From positions 7,835,957 through 7,899,956 of the forward strand of contig MU053881.1 in NCBI GenBank assembly GCA_013239625.1: a stretch of DNA of 64,000 nt, given 5' to 3'. Positions 48,071-60,265 of this stretch are shown here, in pieces (the stretch's first letter is position 1; the number at the start of each line of letters is the position of its first letter). The translations under genes and the position numbers were made by a program. Source of the stretch: Lama guanicoe (taxonomy: Eukaryota). Under the pieces are notes generated by a model. The model was not told where the DNA came from, searched no databases, and worked only from the letters and a program-made list of their open reading frames with translations.

Positions 48071-50019
48071 AAGCAGCTCCTTGGCTTCTGCATTCTGACA
48101 CAAACCCTGGGCTGCTGACCCTGATCTCTGAATCCTGTTCTTGCTACTTCACTCTGCTCTGGAGCATGCTGGTTTACCCAAGGACGGGCCTCGAGGGCAT
48201 TATCTGGTGGGCGAGTTTTATCTTCACAGGCCTGAGCCCCTTGAGGCTGCCTTGTACCTAAAAGGCATCCCCAAACCGCAGTAGTATTCCTTGTGCCTCT
48301 GTAGGGGGTCAGGAGGGGCGTGTTCTCAGCACAGTCGAGTATGGCCCCCCTGCACTCCTTTGCCTGAAAAACCGCTTTTCTGTGAGGATGAAGATGGGGC
48401 TAGAAGTTGTACCGTGGGTATTTCCTTGGTTTAAAAGGAAGAAGGAAAAGCCTTCTCAATCTACGTGATCATGTACATATATGTGCCTTCGAATCGTTGA
48501 AGTTTCTTTGGAGAGAGGTTAAATTTATGTGTGGTTTAACCAAACGATGTATCTCCAGGGGATAGAAAACCACCCCCACCACCCTCATTAAATAGTATTT
48601 GTGATGCACGGGGGGAGAAAAGGAAAGAAAAGAAACGTTGAACCCTGGAAGCTAGCGTGAGAAAACAAAGGGGAAATCGAAATTGTGGATCTGCCAGAAA
48701 CCTGCCACTCACAGAGCCCACAAATCACAGGGAAACAAAGAGAAATGGAAAGATTTGGTATTAAAAACCCATTCTCCCCTGAACCTGTGCCAGCTCTATA
48801 AAACAATTACATGTGATCATACTTGAGGCTTTTCTGAGACACTAATTCTTCTCTTGACGTTAAAATGTTGTGCATGTTGCTTTCAAAATGTTGCACCCCG
48901 TCAAGAAGGGCACGCATCAGAAGGGCAGGCGCAGAGTGGAGGGCAGCTCAGCCCAGCTCCTGAAAACTGGGAAACGTCTGGGATTTTCGTCCTTTTCTCC
49001 CCTGGAAGTTCCTGGAGTTGCTGATTTTTTGACCATGGCGTTGGAATGTCCTTGTCTGGCTCCTGGATGGCTCCCTGGTTGCAGGGAAACCACTCAAAGG
49101 TGGTGGATGGTTCCACGAAGTCCCCCCGCCAAAATACAAGAAAAATTCACCGGGGCTCATGACCAGGAGAAGGTGATATGTCTCCGAGCGTGGCAGGAGC
49201 GGGATGAATGCGCGTGCTCAGCGACTACGGAGAAAGCCCACCCCGGGATCCGATCCACTTGTCCACGTGAAGTTCCTCGTCGAGTTCAGTGGGCCTTTGA
49301 TTTAAGATTAAATAGGGCCCCTGTGTGAAATCGGTTGTTAGTTTTAAAAGCCTTTTCATTTTGACAGGTGAAAACCTCATCAGAATTACCCTGTGCAAAG
49401 ATGTCAGGAAAAATATACAAGAGGAAATTGGAACATGTGATTGAGCCGAGCATGCACTGCCTCTCCCCCGGCGTTTCTGCCCGGCTTTTATTTATTTCTC
49501 CTGCATTTGCTCTTTGGGCCTTTCCCCTAATTGAGGCTGCGATGTAAAGTGCACAAAAGGCAGGTGATTTCACAGCTTTTGGCTCCTTGCTGGCACGGCT
49601 TCATGGGTACGCTTCTCCGCAAGGGGACCCACCTTCGGATCAAATGCAGGGGTATTTCCAAATGGGGCTTCGAGGAGTGGAGCCCAGAGATGGAAAGCCA
49701 AGAAGAAAAATAGGTGAATTAAGTGAAAAGCGTGTTGTGGGCCAATTTAATCAGGGCTAATATATCAGGGCCTCATATTGTTTTTGGAACTGGATTCGGG
49801 AGTAATAGGATCCCTGACAAGTTGTAGCCAGCCCTGCTAACGAGTGACTGCGGAGTTCACAGACCCGTCTGGAGGAAACCGCAACACAGAGCAGCAAGTG
49901 GCAGGTCCGCTCCGGTGGCAAGGGTGGATGCACGGCCAGCTCCCTCTCTCCTTGGCCTCGCCGCCCTTGCCGCTGGTGGGAGACAGAGGCTGGGAGCCGG
50001 GGCTCTGGATCTGTAACGG

Positions 50020-50300
50020 TCTGCCAGGCTTTGAGCTTGAAGTGGCATATCAGCTCTGCAAATTTTGGAGTTGCCAGCCTCCGTATAATAACGTGTGAGT
50101 GTATGTATATACAATATGTGCGTGTGTTGTATATGACATTTATGTTATATATGTTTTGCTTATATGCATATGCACAGACACACATAGACAGATACATGAC
50201 TGAGAGCCAGATTTGGCCCTTAGGTCATGCACTGGTCAGGGTTCTCCAGAGAAGCATAAACAATTTGTGTATGTGTGTGTGTACACATGTATGTATGACT
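50020..50300. mobile_element. MLT2 (D-like) LTR fragment; body on +, terminal segment on -
   Basis: ctgcaaattttggagttgccagcctcc (sense) and tgcactggtcagggttctccagagaagc (antisense 3' terminus). Confidence 0.7.
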
Positions 50301-50679
50301 GTGTGTTTTCATGTTAAAAATAACCCAAATATCCAGGTTCCTTGAAAAACCAGAAGCTATTTTGCAGTAGTGTAAAACTGGCTGGAGGTGATTTCAGCTC
50401 TCTCCAACAGACAGGGCATGTGAGCCCCAGTTCTCCCTCCCACCCAGATGTACATACTCCCTTTTGCATCCAGCTCCACATAGTTACTGGAGAAAAATTT
50501 TGAGAGATCCTGGGGAAGTTGGCTGCCCTTCAGAATACGGGATTCATTCGTATAGTCAATATTCACTGGTAGGAGGCAGGGTAAAGGTAAGATATGCATC
50601 ACTTCACTTAAGGAGTTCACCATGTGTTGGAGAAGAGAGACACATGAGTGGAAAGCTGCCATGCTAAATGGTTAGTGCT

Positions 50680-51100
50680 GAGACAGAGGTCAGGTCAAAT
50701 TCTCTGGGGTCATCCAGTCTGGAGTAGAGGGGATGTTAAGGAAGGCCACTGAAAACTGGGGAGCCCTTGAGCTGAGTCTTGAAGATTGCATAGAAGGATA
50801 GACAGGTGGCAAGAAGATGAAAGATGCTCTGAGTGGCGGGAGTAGCCTGTGCAAAGGCCCTAGGGTAAGGGAAACAGGATGGATTTAGACAACAGTTTGC
50901 CATAGCTGGAGCCTATGATGACACTCAGGTGTTGAGGCCAGAGAGGAGAGACAGGATCATCAGGATCATTTTTCTTGAAATGAGGAGGTTTTCGCAGAGA
51001 AATGCACGGCATATTTTCATTTTAGGAAGATCTAGCTGTATTGTGGAGAATGAATTGAGCTGGAAAGATATAGGCAAGGTGACCAGAGAGTCTTCATGGC
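50680..51100 (-). mobile_element. L2 fragment
   Basis: cccttgagctgagtcttgaagattgcatag...agcctgtgcaaaggccctagg. Confidence 0.75.
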
Positions 51101-52129
51101 AGATGTCTAGAAATCTGAGATTTCCATTCTAGTAGTTAAAGCTTAGGTTCCTACCACACTGTGTATGGGATAAGAATTTAATCTCTTATCACACTTCGAC
51201 GTGAATGAGTTCAGAGACCTTCCCCAAGAACAAGTCTCTGTGGTAGGAGGTGTAGAGGGTACTAAGGCATTGAAAACAAACTTCACCTGCCTCATTGTTT
51301 TGCCCAGGTCCTATCCTGTGAGGAGGGACCATCTAAGAGTTCAGGAATGGTCTTGGGTGGGACTAAACACTGTACAGCAAATCAGCGGTCTCATTGTCCC
51401 CGATGCTCGTGTTCATAGCTTTCTTCTTAGAAAGTGACAACCAGTTTGTCTTTCCTCCCTGAGACCATCAACGTGAAAACGGTCATTTCAGACATCCGTG
51501 GCACTCGGGATGAGACTGAGTGCTGGCTGTTAACTTTGCCTTTGTCAGAGCAAACAGAAATCAAAACCAGTTAGCCAGGATGAACCCCCAGGAGGAGGGC
51601 TTCAATTGTCAACTTTCACTCTGGCTCCCCTCCTGGGCTATTTGTTTAAAAAAAAAAAAAAAACAGGAGGACATTTGGAGAGACAGCAACTAGCATTTTC
51701 CTGCCTGCGGGCTTCGTTGATAAATGGGATTTCCTTGTGTCAGCTTGTCATCTGCCAGTGGCCGTGGACAGTGCTGATGAGTCAGCCTCGTTCCAAACCT
51801 GGAGGCACCCCCGGCCCACTGGTGAGGACGGGGGCACCCGGGATGAGCCACAGGGTCCCTGGAAGGTGGGATGGCTCGGTGTCTGCTCCAGCCTATCCCT
51901 CCGCCACCGGTTTAGGAATGGAAGCTCCGAGTCAGACGGTCCCCGTGAAGGTTGTGGATCCTGTTTTTGGTCTTTGTTTCCCCGCTTCTCCCCACCCTCA
52001 GTGCTGAAGGAGTGAGCCAGCATCAGAAGGGACCTCACACATCATTTGCTGAGCTCCCATTGTTCTCCTCTGCCTGCGTGAGAACACGGCTCCCTATCCC
52101 TGACCCTCTTACGTGGTGGAGCGCCTGAC

Positions 52130-52325
52130 CTGCTTTGCTTTACAAAGCCCTTTCTGGCCACTCTTTTCTTTGTGCCTGAAACAACCCCGTGAGGTGGAAT
52201 CATATTCCTCATGGCTGAGAGGTAAACTGAGGCTCATCTACGTTGAAGGATTTGGCCTAGAGTTTCCAGAGCTTCCATATGATCACATGAGGTCTGAACA
52301 CAGCTAAGTCCAGAGCATTTTCCTG
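52130..52325 (-). mobile_element. MIR SINE
   Basis: acaaccccgtgaggtgg...gaggtaaactgaggctca. Confidence 0.7.
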
Positions 52326-52934
52326 CCCTCTCCTCCCCAACCGACGGGTGATGCGTATCGTTGTCTCTCCGCGCCCAAGGGGAGCCCGCATTTGCCTTTC
52401 TCCCTTGGCTCTTCTTTATTTGGACTGGATCCCGCACTCTGCCTGGCTCCGCTCCAGGCTTGCGCCTGCCTACTTCTCTGGACCAGTACAATCTACTCTG
52501 TCATCACTGCATCCTGAGCATCCGCGGTACGGGAGGAGAGCTTGACAGGGTGATTAGATGAGTGGAGGTGAAGCAGAACAAGGCATTCCGAGCTAAAGGT
52601 CAGTGGTCTCGCTGACATCTGCTTCCCAGGGTAGAAGCTGCTTTCTAGCTCGTGGTCAGTTGGCCTTTGTTTAAATGAACCCAGCAAGTGGGCCTGGACC
52701 TTCCTGTCCCAGCTGGCAGTGGTCCGACTGGCCTCCAGGACTCACCTTAGGTGTCACTGCCTCCTTGCAATGCGCCCTGTCTTTCTGCCCCTCAGGCAGG
52801 GTCAGATGCCCTTCCAGCCTGCTTACCCTTCCCGTAGCACACACTGCATTGTGCCTTAATCCCCCCATTTCCTGGCCACCTTGCCCACTGCACTGTGAGC
52901 ACACTGAGGTCAGGACCAGGATTCTGTGGCAGCC

Positions 52935-53290
52935 ACAGCCATGGTTAGGACTGGGGTGGGCTGTGAAATCAGGCTGCCTAGATTAAACACTGGCTCCAGC
53001 CGTAATAGCTGTATGACCCACTTAGAGAATCTGTCTTCACATCTGTAATCATACCTAATCAGCAAGTTACAGGGATAAAATGGTACACTACCTAAAAAAT
53101 ATTCATCCCTGTGAAGGGCACACAGTAGGTGTGCAACCCAATTAATTATTATCATTATGATTGAATTTGTATCCCCAGTGTCTGGCAGGAGTACATGGAA
53201 GGCAGAGGAGGGAGGGAAGGTGAGAGGGTGGGAGGGATGGAGGAAGGAAGACTTGATTTGAAGTAAGAAATGATGAATGATTGAATAGAA
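52935..53290 (+). mobile_element. MIR plus L2 tail
   Basis: tagctgtatgacc...tcttcacatctgtaa; ttgtatccccagtgtctggca...tgaatgattgaat. Confidence 0.65.
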
Positions 53291-53307
53291 GATGGATAAG
53301 CCGTTCA

Positions 53308-53516
53308 AGTATGTCAGGGTTCTCCAGAGAAACAGAACCAAACGGAGGGAGGGAGGGAGGGGGAGAGAGACAGAGAAATATGGATAGAAGGATGAGTGGG
53401 ATGGATGGAAAGAGAGAGAGAGAGGAGGAAAGAGAGAAAGCAAAGGAGAGAGAGAGGAAAGGAGGAAGATGGAAGCATAGATAGATAGAAGGATGGTTGG
53501 ATGGATAGATAGATAT

Positions 53517-53551
<35 letters not shown>

Positions 53552-53899
53552 TTTAATGTAAGGAATTGGGTCATGCAACTGTGGAGGTTAAAAAGTCCTA
53601 CAATCTGCTATCTGCAAGCTGAAGACCCAGAAAGGCTGGAGATATAATTCAGTCTGAGATCCAAGGCCTGAGAACCAGGGGACGTGACGGTGTCGATCCT
53701 AGTCCGTGGACAGAAGATGAGCTGAGATGTCCCAGCTCAATCAGTGAGGCAGGAAAGAGGGGTGAGTTCCTCCTTCCTCTGCCTTTCCTTTGGTTCAGGC
53801 CCTCAGCAGATCGTGCGAAGACACCCTCAGACACACCCACAATGATGTTTCATCTGGGCGCCGTGGCCAGCCAAGTTGACACGTGAAATTAACCTGCAC
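53308..53899 (-). mobile_element. MLT2 (B/C-like) ERVL LTR with an expanded internal simple repeat
   Basis: gtcagggttctccagagaaacagaacca...taaggaattgggtcatgc...ctgcaagctgaagacccagaaag...caagttgacacgtgaaattaacc. Confidence 0.9.
53345..53551. repeat. Purine-rich GA/GGAT tract ending in (GATA)n
   Basis: Read directly; pure (GATA)8 at 53520-53551. Confidence 0.95.
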
Positions 53900-55751
53900 G
53901 TACAGACATGAGGGTAAGACCAGGGTCCCCAGCAACTCAGTCCTTCCTACCGGCCTGGTACCTGGTATGTCGAGGCCACTGTGTTTGGGGTCTGCTGTAC
54001 CTGTAAGTCACCTACATTGTGGAAACACAATCTACAATCTGAGAGGCATAATCCATGCTGGTCAGAGAACTTTCTGAGGTTGTTTTCCCTCCAGATAGAA
54101 GGAAGGACAGTCAGAAGAAGATGAGATGGCAGAAGACTGGGGGGCAGGGGTGGGCTGGCGGGGAGATGCTTGCTTTGGCCTCCGGAGAAGGTCAGGCAGA
54201 GGCAGCGGGTCTGTGACACCTCCACCAGGCTGCGGGGAGCAGGCCCTGAGCTTGTGAACTCCTAGGGGGAGGCAGACATCCGAGATCTGACCTCAGAGCT
54301 CCATGTTCCGGCCTTCCCCGGCCTGCCCAGGTGTGTGACCCTCCCACCCCCTGGAATGCGGCTGCTGGAGATGTAATCAGCAGAATTCCTCTGACTTCTC
54401 AAGAAATGCCCCTTTGGGAGGGAAAAACACAGATGGGTTGGGAAAACGTGAATTTTGCTGCTCGGGCCTGAACAATTGCCCCATTGTCACGCCCCTGCGC
54501 GGCAAAGTAGAAGTCCGGGCTTTCCAATGCCGCCTTTGTCGGAAGCCATCCATACGTAACTCTCGTATCGTTTTTGATGCGTTTGTAGGTGGGTGTGTCA
54601 ACTTCATCCTCTTGCGCTGCTGTGTTCGTTGGCTGAGCCATGTCACATCCACCAAATTGTATACAACGTCTTTCTTCCTGGAATGATCAGAGCTGGAAGT
54701 ATCTAGAACTAGAGTCACATGACGTGTAGAATTAGTAGGTGGTGTTTCCACTGGTAGATGGCCTCCTCCCTGCCTCCCAGCGTTTGTTCAGAATCTGTCA
54801 TAAAAATAGTCCCCACTGAGTCTCTGGACATGGTGGCTGCTGCGTCTACTACGAATGGATTCACACTCAGGCCAACAATGTGCCTAGGGCTGTGCTGACT
54901 TGTCGGCTGCATGTGGGGGGGGTGTGCGCGTGTCCATGGGTGTGGCTTGGCCCACGTTAAAAAGGATGAGGTGCTTTTTGTGGGAGGAAAAGATTTTTGG
55001 TCACTTGGCTCCTCGGAAAGGGACGTTCCTCCCAGAGTAACTTGGGACTGAATAATGCACGGCAAGCCGTGAAACACCCAGCGAGGGTGCGGAAAAGCCA
55101 GCTCTCCAAAAGAAGCAAAGCCCAGCTGGGCCCCGTGATAACCATCGGGAAGGTGCGGGCCGCTGGCCCAGACGCGGGAGTTTCCCTTTGCTGTGGGCAT
55201 CCCTCTGACACGTTTTCCCCAAACTGAGAGTAAGCGCTTGTCAAGTATATTAAAACAAAAATTTTAAAGGAAGAAAACATTTTGAATGGCTCCTGATTCA
55301 GGCCCCTTGGGGGTTCCCCACTTATGTTTTTAAACAGCTCAGGCCCTGGCAGGGCTTGGCTTTCCAGTTGGCATGAAACGGAGTGGAAAATGCACTTGAT
55401 CCTCCCAAGTTGTGCCTGGGGACCTGGGTTTGGAGCTAAGAAAGGGCAAATGAAACGAGGAGCAGCATTTGGGGACCTTTGAGGTCTCCAGAGCAAGCTG
55501 CAAAACCCCAGTGTCAACTGGCGGCGTTCCTGCTGTTGCCAGCTCACATGACCACTCTCCCCAAGAACCTCTAATGGCCAGGCCGTCCATGGCTAAGACC
55601 ACATTATCCCCAAACTGCTCTTTTTGCAGAATAAACTTCTCCCCGGTAGTCTGCCCCTGACCGTCTTAATAGGTCCCCAAACTGTCCCTAAGAGGTGAAA
55701 GCATATTGGGTAAACACAATTTTAAAAGGGCCTATGTGTTTCACAGTGCAA

Positions 55752-55910
55752 TTCTTTTTTCCCTCATTTCACCCTTCCTTCCTTCCTCCCCTTTTTTTCC
55801 CCTCTCTCCTTCCCTCTTTTCCTTTGTGTCCTTTCTCCCCTCCCCTCACTCCCTCCCTTCCATCCACCTACCCACCCACCTATATATCCATCCATTCGCC
55901 TTTCATCCTT
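55752..55910. repeat. Pyrimidine-rich low-complexity tract
   Basis: Read directly from the sequence. Confidence 0.85.
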
Positions 55911-56274
55911 ACTGGCTGAAACACAAACGAGCTTTACTGCCACTTCTCAGACGTACTGGACCAAGTAGGGAAGACAAGTGAGAATCTCCTTTCAAAGAGA
56001 AGACTTAGGAGTTACAGTGTCTCAGCCCTGGAGGCAGGGCTTGGTGCGCGCTGGAGCGCTGGATAGACGTCCAGCCACGTGGGTCCTAATGTAAGCAGTC
56101 TTCACTCGAGGTGGCCCTCAGGAGCCCTCTGGAATGACCTGAAATTGTAGGCAAATGTGCATGTGCCTGGGGAAGCGGTCTACCAGAACCATTAGATTCT
56201 TAGTTGGCAGAGCCATCTGGGACTTAAATTGCTGATCAGCCGAGTTTTGACCTGTCTGCACTCTACCTCTGCTC

Positions 56275-56462
56275 CCTTTAATAGTAAAAAGTCTGGAGTC
56301 TTGCCACCTGGATAGGAAAACCAGCTCCTCTCAGTTACCAGCTTTGTGATCTTAAAAAATTAGTATTTAATATCACTGAGCTTGGACTAAATGAGTTAAT
56401 CCAGGAAAAGCATCAAGCAGTGGGTGAAGCCCATCCAAGGAGCTCAGTAAATGTTAGTAGTC
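56275..56462 (+). mobile_element. MIR SINE
   Basis: ggactaaatgagttaatcc...gctcagtaaatgttag. Confidence 0.6.
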
Positions 56463-56528
56463 ATTGAAGCATTGGTGTGATAGCCTGGAAATACCCCTAA
56501 AACGCCACCCATGTTACGTGCTGTAAAC

Positions 56529-56751
56529 CAAAGGACCGGCAAACTATACCTCTGGGCCAAATCTGCCCACTGGCTCTTTTTGTAAATAAAGTTTTATTAA
56601 GACATGGCCACAGCCATTCATTTATATACTGTCTGTGGCCTGCTTTCAAACCACAAGTGCAGAGTTGAGCGCTGTGACAAGGACCAGATGGCCTGCAGAG
56701 CCTAAAATATTTACTCCCTGGCCCTTTACAAAAAGCATTTGCCAGCCCCTG
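56529..56751. mobile_element. MER58A MITE with a degenerate 8-bp TSD
   Basis: ggcaaactata...tttttgtaaataaagttttatt...aaaatatttactccctggccctttacaaaaagcatttgccagcccctg; flanks CTGTAAAC/CTCTGAAC. Confidence 0.92.
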
Positions 56752-56789
56752 CTCTGAACAATTAGGTAACAATAAATAACATATAATCT

Positions 56790-57255
56790 ACCTTGGAGAA
56801 ACTCACACGTGCTCAAGGATGCACAGACAGAGATGTTTATAACATCACTGTTCTACTCTCAAATAGCTAGAAACCATCTAAATGTCAATCAGAAGAGGAA
56901 TGCTCTATTCATACTATGGCAGATAAAAAGAAGGCATTCTGTCTCTACTGAGTAATGTGGGAAAATCTCCAGTAGGGATTGTTGAGTGGGAAAAAAAAGC
57001 AGAGATGTTACCATTTGTATAAAAATGCGAAACAGATTGTATATTTTCAACCAGTTCATATGTCAGTATACAAATGCATAGGGAAAAACTCTGGAAAAAT
57101 ACACAATAAAGGGGTAATAATACTTGCTTTCAAGGAGGAGTGGACGGAGCTTGCAGGTTTTTGTCAGTAGAGACTATCTGTAAATGCTTTTACAGTATGA
57201 GCCAGGAAAATTCATCCATGTATTTCTCGCTTAATTAAAATTGGTTGAAAAAATA
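56790..57255 (+). mobile_element. L1ME-type 3' end
   Basis: acagagatgtttataacatcactgtt...catctaaatgtcaatcagaagagga...ctggaaaaatacacaataaa. Confidence 0.75.
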
Positions 57256-58215
57256 TCGTATATAAAATATAAGACACTTGGGCAGAACATTGGGAGATGG
57301 GTGTGGTTCCAACAGGTGGAACGACAGGGAAGAACATGAGGCCAGGCAGAGGGACCACAAGAGCAAAACAGTGGCGGCTGGAAGGCACCACTGTCCCTGG
57401 ACAGTGATGACAGTGACTGATGTGGCCACATGAAAGGCAGGAGGAGGCGAGGACTGCGGAAGGGAAACAAACAATTGGCACCGAGGGAAGCCTTTTATCA
57501 CAGTAGAGGTCATAACGGGAAATTAAAGTGTTACACCTGATGCCACAGTGGGCCCCTCCCAAGAGAGGCAGCAGGTGGGAAGGTCATGGGTGCTTAGGGA
57601 GGCTGGGCAGAGCCCTGGGGCCCATCTGGACTGCCAGACTAGGGAGTGGGGTTTGCACTTCTCAATCCCTACCCCTTTTAATTTTTAAATTTCTTCAGAT
57701 TATGTTCTAGCAGGAGGGGACCAGAGAATTTGTTCTGCTTCTCAGGGCTTCATAAAACTGACTGGACCATTGGATTTGGTTTTTAACATTAGGAGGGGAA
57801 AAAAAATGCCTGTTTCTAAAGCAGTTGCTGTAACATGTGCAAGTGCCAGTCACATGTGGTTTGGGGCCAGATGACTCTGAATTCATATTTTTAACATTAG
57901 GAAATCCACCCAGTTGGAGGAGAATTTAAATAAGCTTTCTGGGATGAGCAGTAGTTACACAATGGACAGGAGGAAACTGAGTAGGTGGCCAGATTTGGGG
58001 CTCTTGTTTGAGACAAGGGTGTGCCCTGGCTCTGGGCTCTTGGCAGAGACAGGAAGTAGGGCAGGGAAATAAAGTTTCAAAGCTACAAAGATGATTCTCA
58101 GATGTCGTCTCTGGGAATCAGCAGTCTTCCTTGCGGTCCCCCTCCCAGCCCACGGCGGTCCCTGTGGTGTAAGATGGAACCAGTGAGTCACTAGCCATCC
58201 TGGCTCCTCCCCAGG

Positions 58216-58416
58216 CAGGGATTGGTTCGCAAGCTGTCTTTGTAAAGAGTCAGATAGTAAATATTTTAGGATTTGCAGGACATGTGGTCTCTGTCCACAA
58301 AGCAGTCATAGACGGGTACGCAGATGAATGGGGGTGGTCGTATTCTAATAAAACTTTATTTATAAAGGCAGCGACAAGCTAGATTTGGCCCATGAGCCAC
58401 AGTTTACCAACTTCTG
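58216..58416. mobile_element. MER58A MITE, opposite orientation to the 56.5-kb copy, internally deleted
   Basis: gtaaagagtcagatagtaaatattttagg...aataaaactttatttata...agatttggcccatgagccacagtttacc. Confidence 0.88.
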
Positions 58417-58487
58417 TTCTAAAGCAGTGATTCTACACCTTAGGGTGCCAACACTCTGTTCTTTCCCCAGATTTGCTGTATGTTGGG

Positions 58488-58925
58488 AGCTGGTTAAAGA
58501 CAGTGGCTTTGAATTCTGACCCGAAGCCCTTAATTAGCTCTGGGAAGTTGGACAAATGATGTTACCTCTTGAGGCTTAATGTCCTCATCTGTAAAAATAG
58601 AGATAACGCCCACTGTATTGGGCACTTTTGAATACTGTGTGATTAATGAATGGAGGAAGATTAGCATTAGTAGTTAAGCATACAGAATGCAGATTTACTG
58701 GACTCAAATCACGGCTCCAGCATTTATTAGCTTGTGTAATCTTGGACCAAGTTCTTCATAGTTCCATTCCTCGGTTTCATCATCTGTAAAATGGGATTCA
58801 TAATATCTTCTTCATAGCATGTTAGGACCGTGTTGTGAGTTAACAAACATGGAGAGCTTAGACCAGTTTTGGGGAAATAGTACATTCTTAAACATCAGAT
58901 ACTGGTAGTAAGTGGTAGTGACTGC
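58488..58925 (+). mobile_element. Two adjacent MIRs
   Basis: Cores tcctcatctgtaaaaatagagataa and cctcggtttcatcatctgtaaaatgggatt. Confidence 0.85.
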
Positions 58926-59784
58926 TTCTATTATAAGTATTTTGTTTTAAATAATAACAGATTTTCACCTACCTTAAACATGTATATATTGAGGCTAATT
59001 TAAGGCTATCCTGATGATAAGGTCACCCTCACTCACTTGCTTCGCAGTATAACTTGTTTTGAGAGGATGAGAAACAAATGGAACATCAGCTTTTAATCAA
59101 CAGCCGGCCTTATATCTGGCACCACCCAGAAGCAAGTAAATTCTACCAGTAATAAGTTAATTGTGAAAGAATAAGAAATTGAAAAAACACGAGTTACTCT
59201 GCTGTAAGACTTGACTTCTTATAAACTGGGGGAGTAGGGAGGGCGGGAGGTGAAGGTCTTAGTGAAACCTGAGAACAGGTAACGGAATGATCCGTTCGCC
59301 TCCACAGCACAGTCCAGACCGACCGGTCAGCGTCTGCCCCCCTCCTCGCCCAACCCCAGCCGTAGGTTCGAGTTTGCCCAGGATTTTGCTGGGCCTTTTG
59401 GGAAGGCAAGTGGGGTATTTTGTTTTGTTTTGTTCTGTTTTTAATCTACTGGAATGGCTAAGCTGGTAGAAAACAGGCCTGGAGGAGCCAGAGACCATGA
59501 CATGAACAGAAAGAAGCATTCTTGGCATTACTTAACCTCCCCGCATCCAGCTGTACTGGGATCCTCTTCACACCCATACTTACAGTTATAAATAAATCCC
59601 CATTGCTCTTAAACCAGGCTCTGTCACTTGTACCTCAAAGAGGCCTGACAAATATATCCAACGCTTGATGCTGACAGAAAAAAAATTGAAAATCACTTTC
59701 CAGGACTCTGTTCTGGATAAAACCGGGCCACATTTTCTCACTTCCTCCAGCCATTTAGAAATAAGCCACTACACACTCTGGATC

Positions 59785-60265
59785 AGGCCGGGTTGATAGT
59801 TCTGAGGCACAGAAATCCACGCTGGCTAAGGTAAACAGTAGATTGATTTATAGAAAATGAATCAGGTGACTCTCGGCATCGCTAGAGATCTGAAGACCTG
59901 GGGCTCAGAGTGGGGCTGGGAACGGGACGTTGGCGCACCAGCACCACAGAGGGCCAGGCAGAGAGCAGGCTGGTGCCACTGCTAATAGTGGACACTGTCC
60001 TGGGTGCAGGCAGCCGTGTCTAGCACTGCTTCCCCAGAAATGGACTGTGCTACCCCCCGCCGCAAGAATTCTACATGCCCACTGACACTGCTGCTTCGTG
60101 AAAAGCTCCGAGTTCAAAAACCCCAGGCAGGTGCATCTGATGGGCTCAGCCTGCATCACAGGCCTGCACCCTAGCTGCAGAGGAGGCTGCGAAAGTGATC
60201 TGGCCATTTTGACTTGTAGGGTGGCAGAGAGACTGCACCCTCCCCCTGAGACTCTGGGTAGCAAA
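59785..60265 (-). mobile_element. Old MaLR LTR (MLT1-type)
   Basis: acagaaatccacgctggctaag...gcatctgatgggctcagcctgcatcacaggcctgcaccctagctgcagaggaggctg. Confidence 0.65.

Noticed and set aside
52910..53578. Longest ORF (222 aa, minus strand)
   Set aside because: It is a translation of (TATC)n and pyrimidine repeats plus MLT2/MIR (YLSI repeats), so it is not a gene.
54957..55547. 196-aa ORF and the overlapping 161-aa ORF
   Set aside because: No protein family resemblance and no supportable exon structure; consistent with chance in GC-rich DNA.
56529..58416. Inverted MER58A pair as a composite transposon or long dsRNA
   Set aside because: Independent old copies that are highly diverged, with no shared outer TSD.
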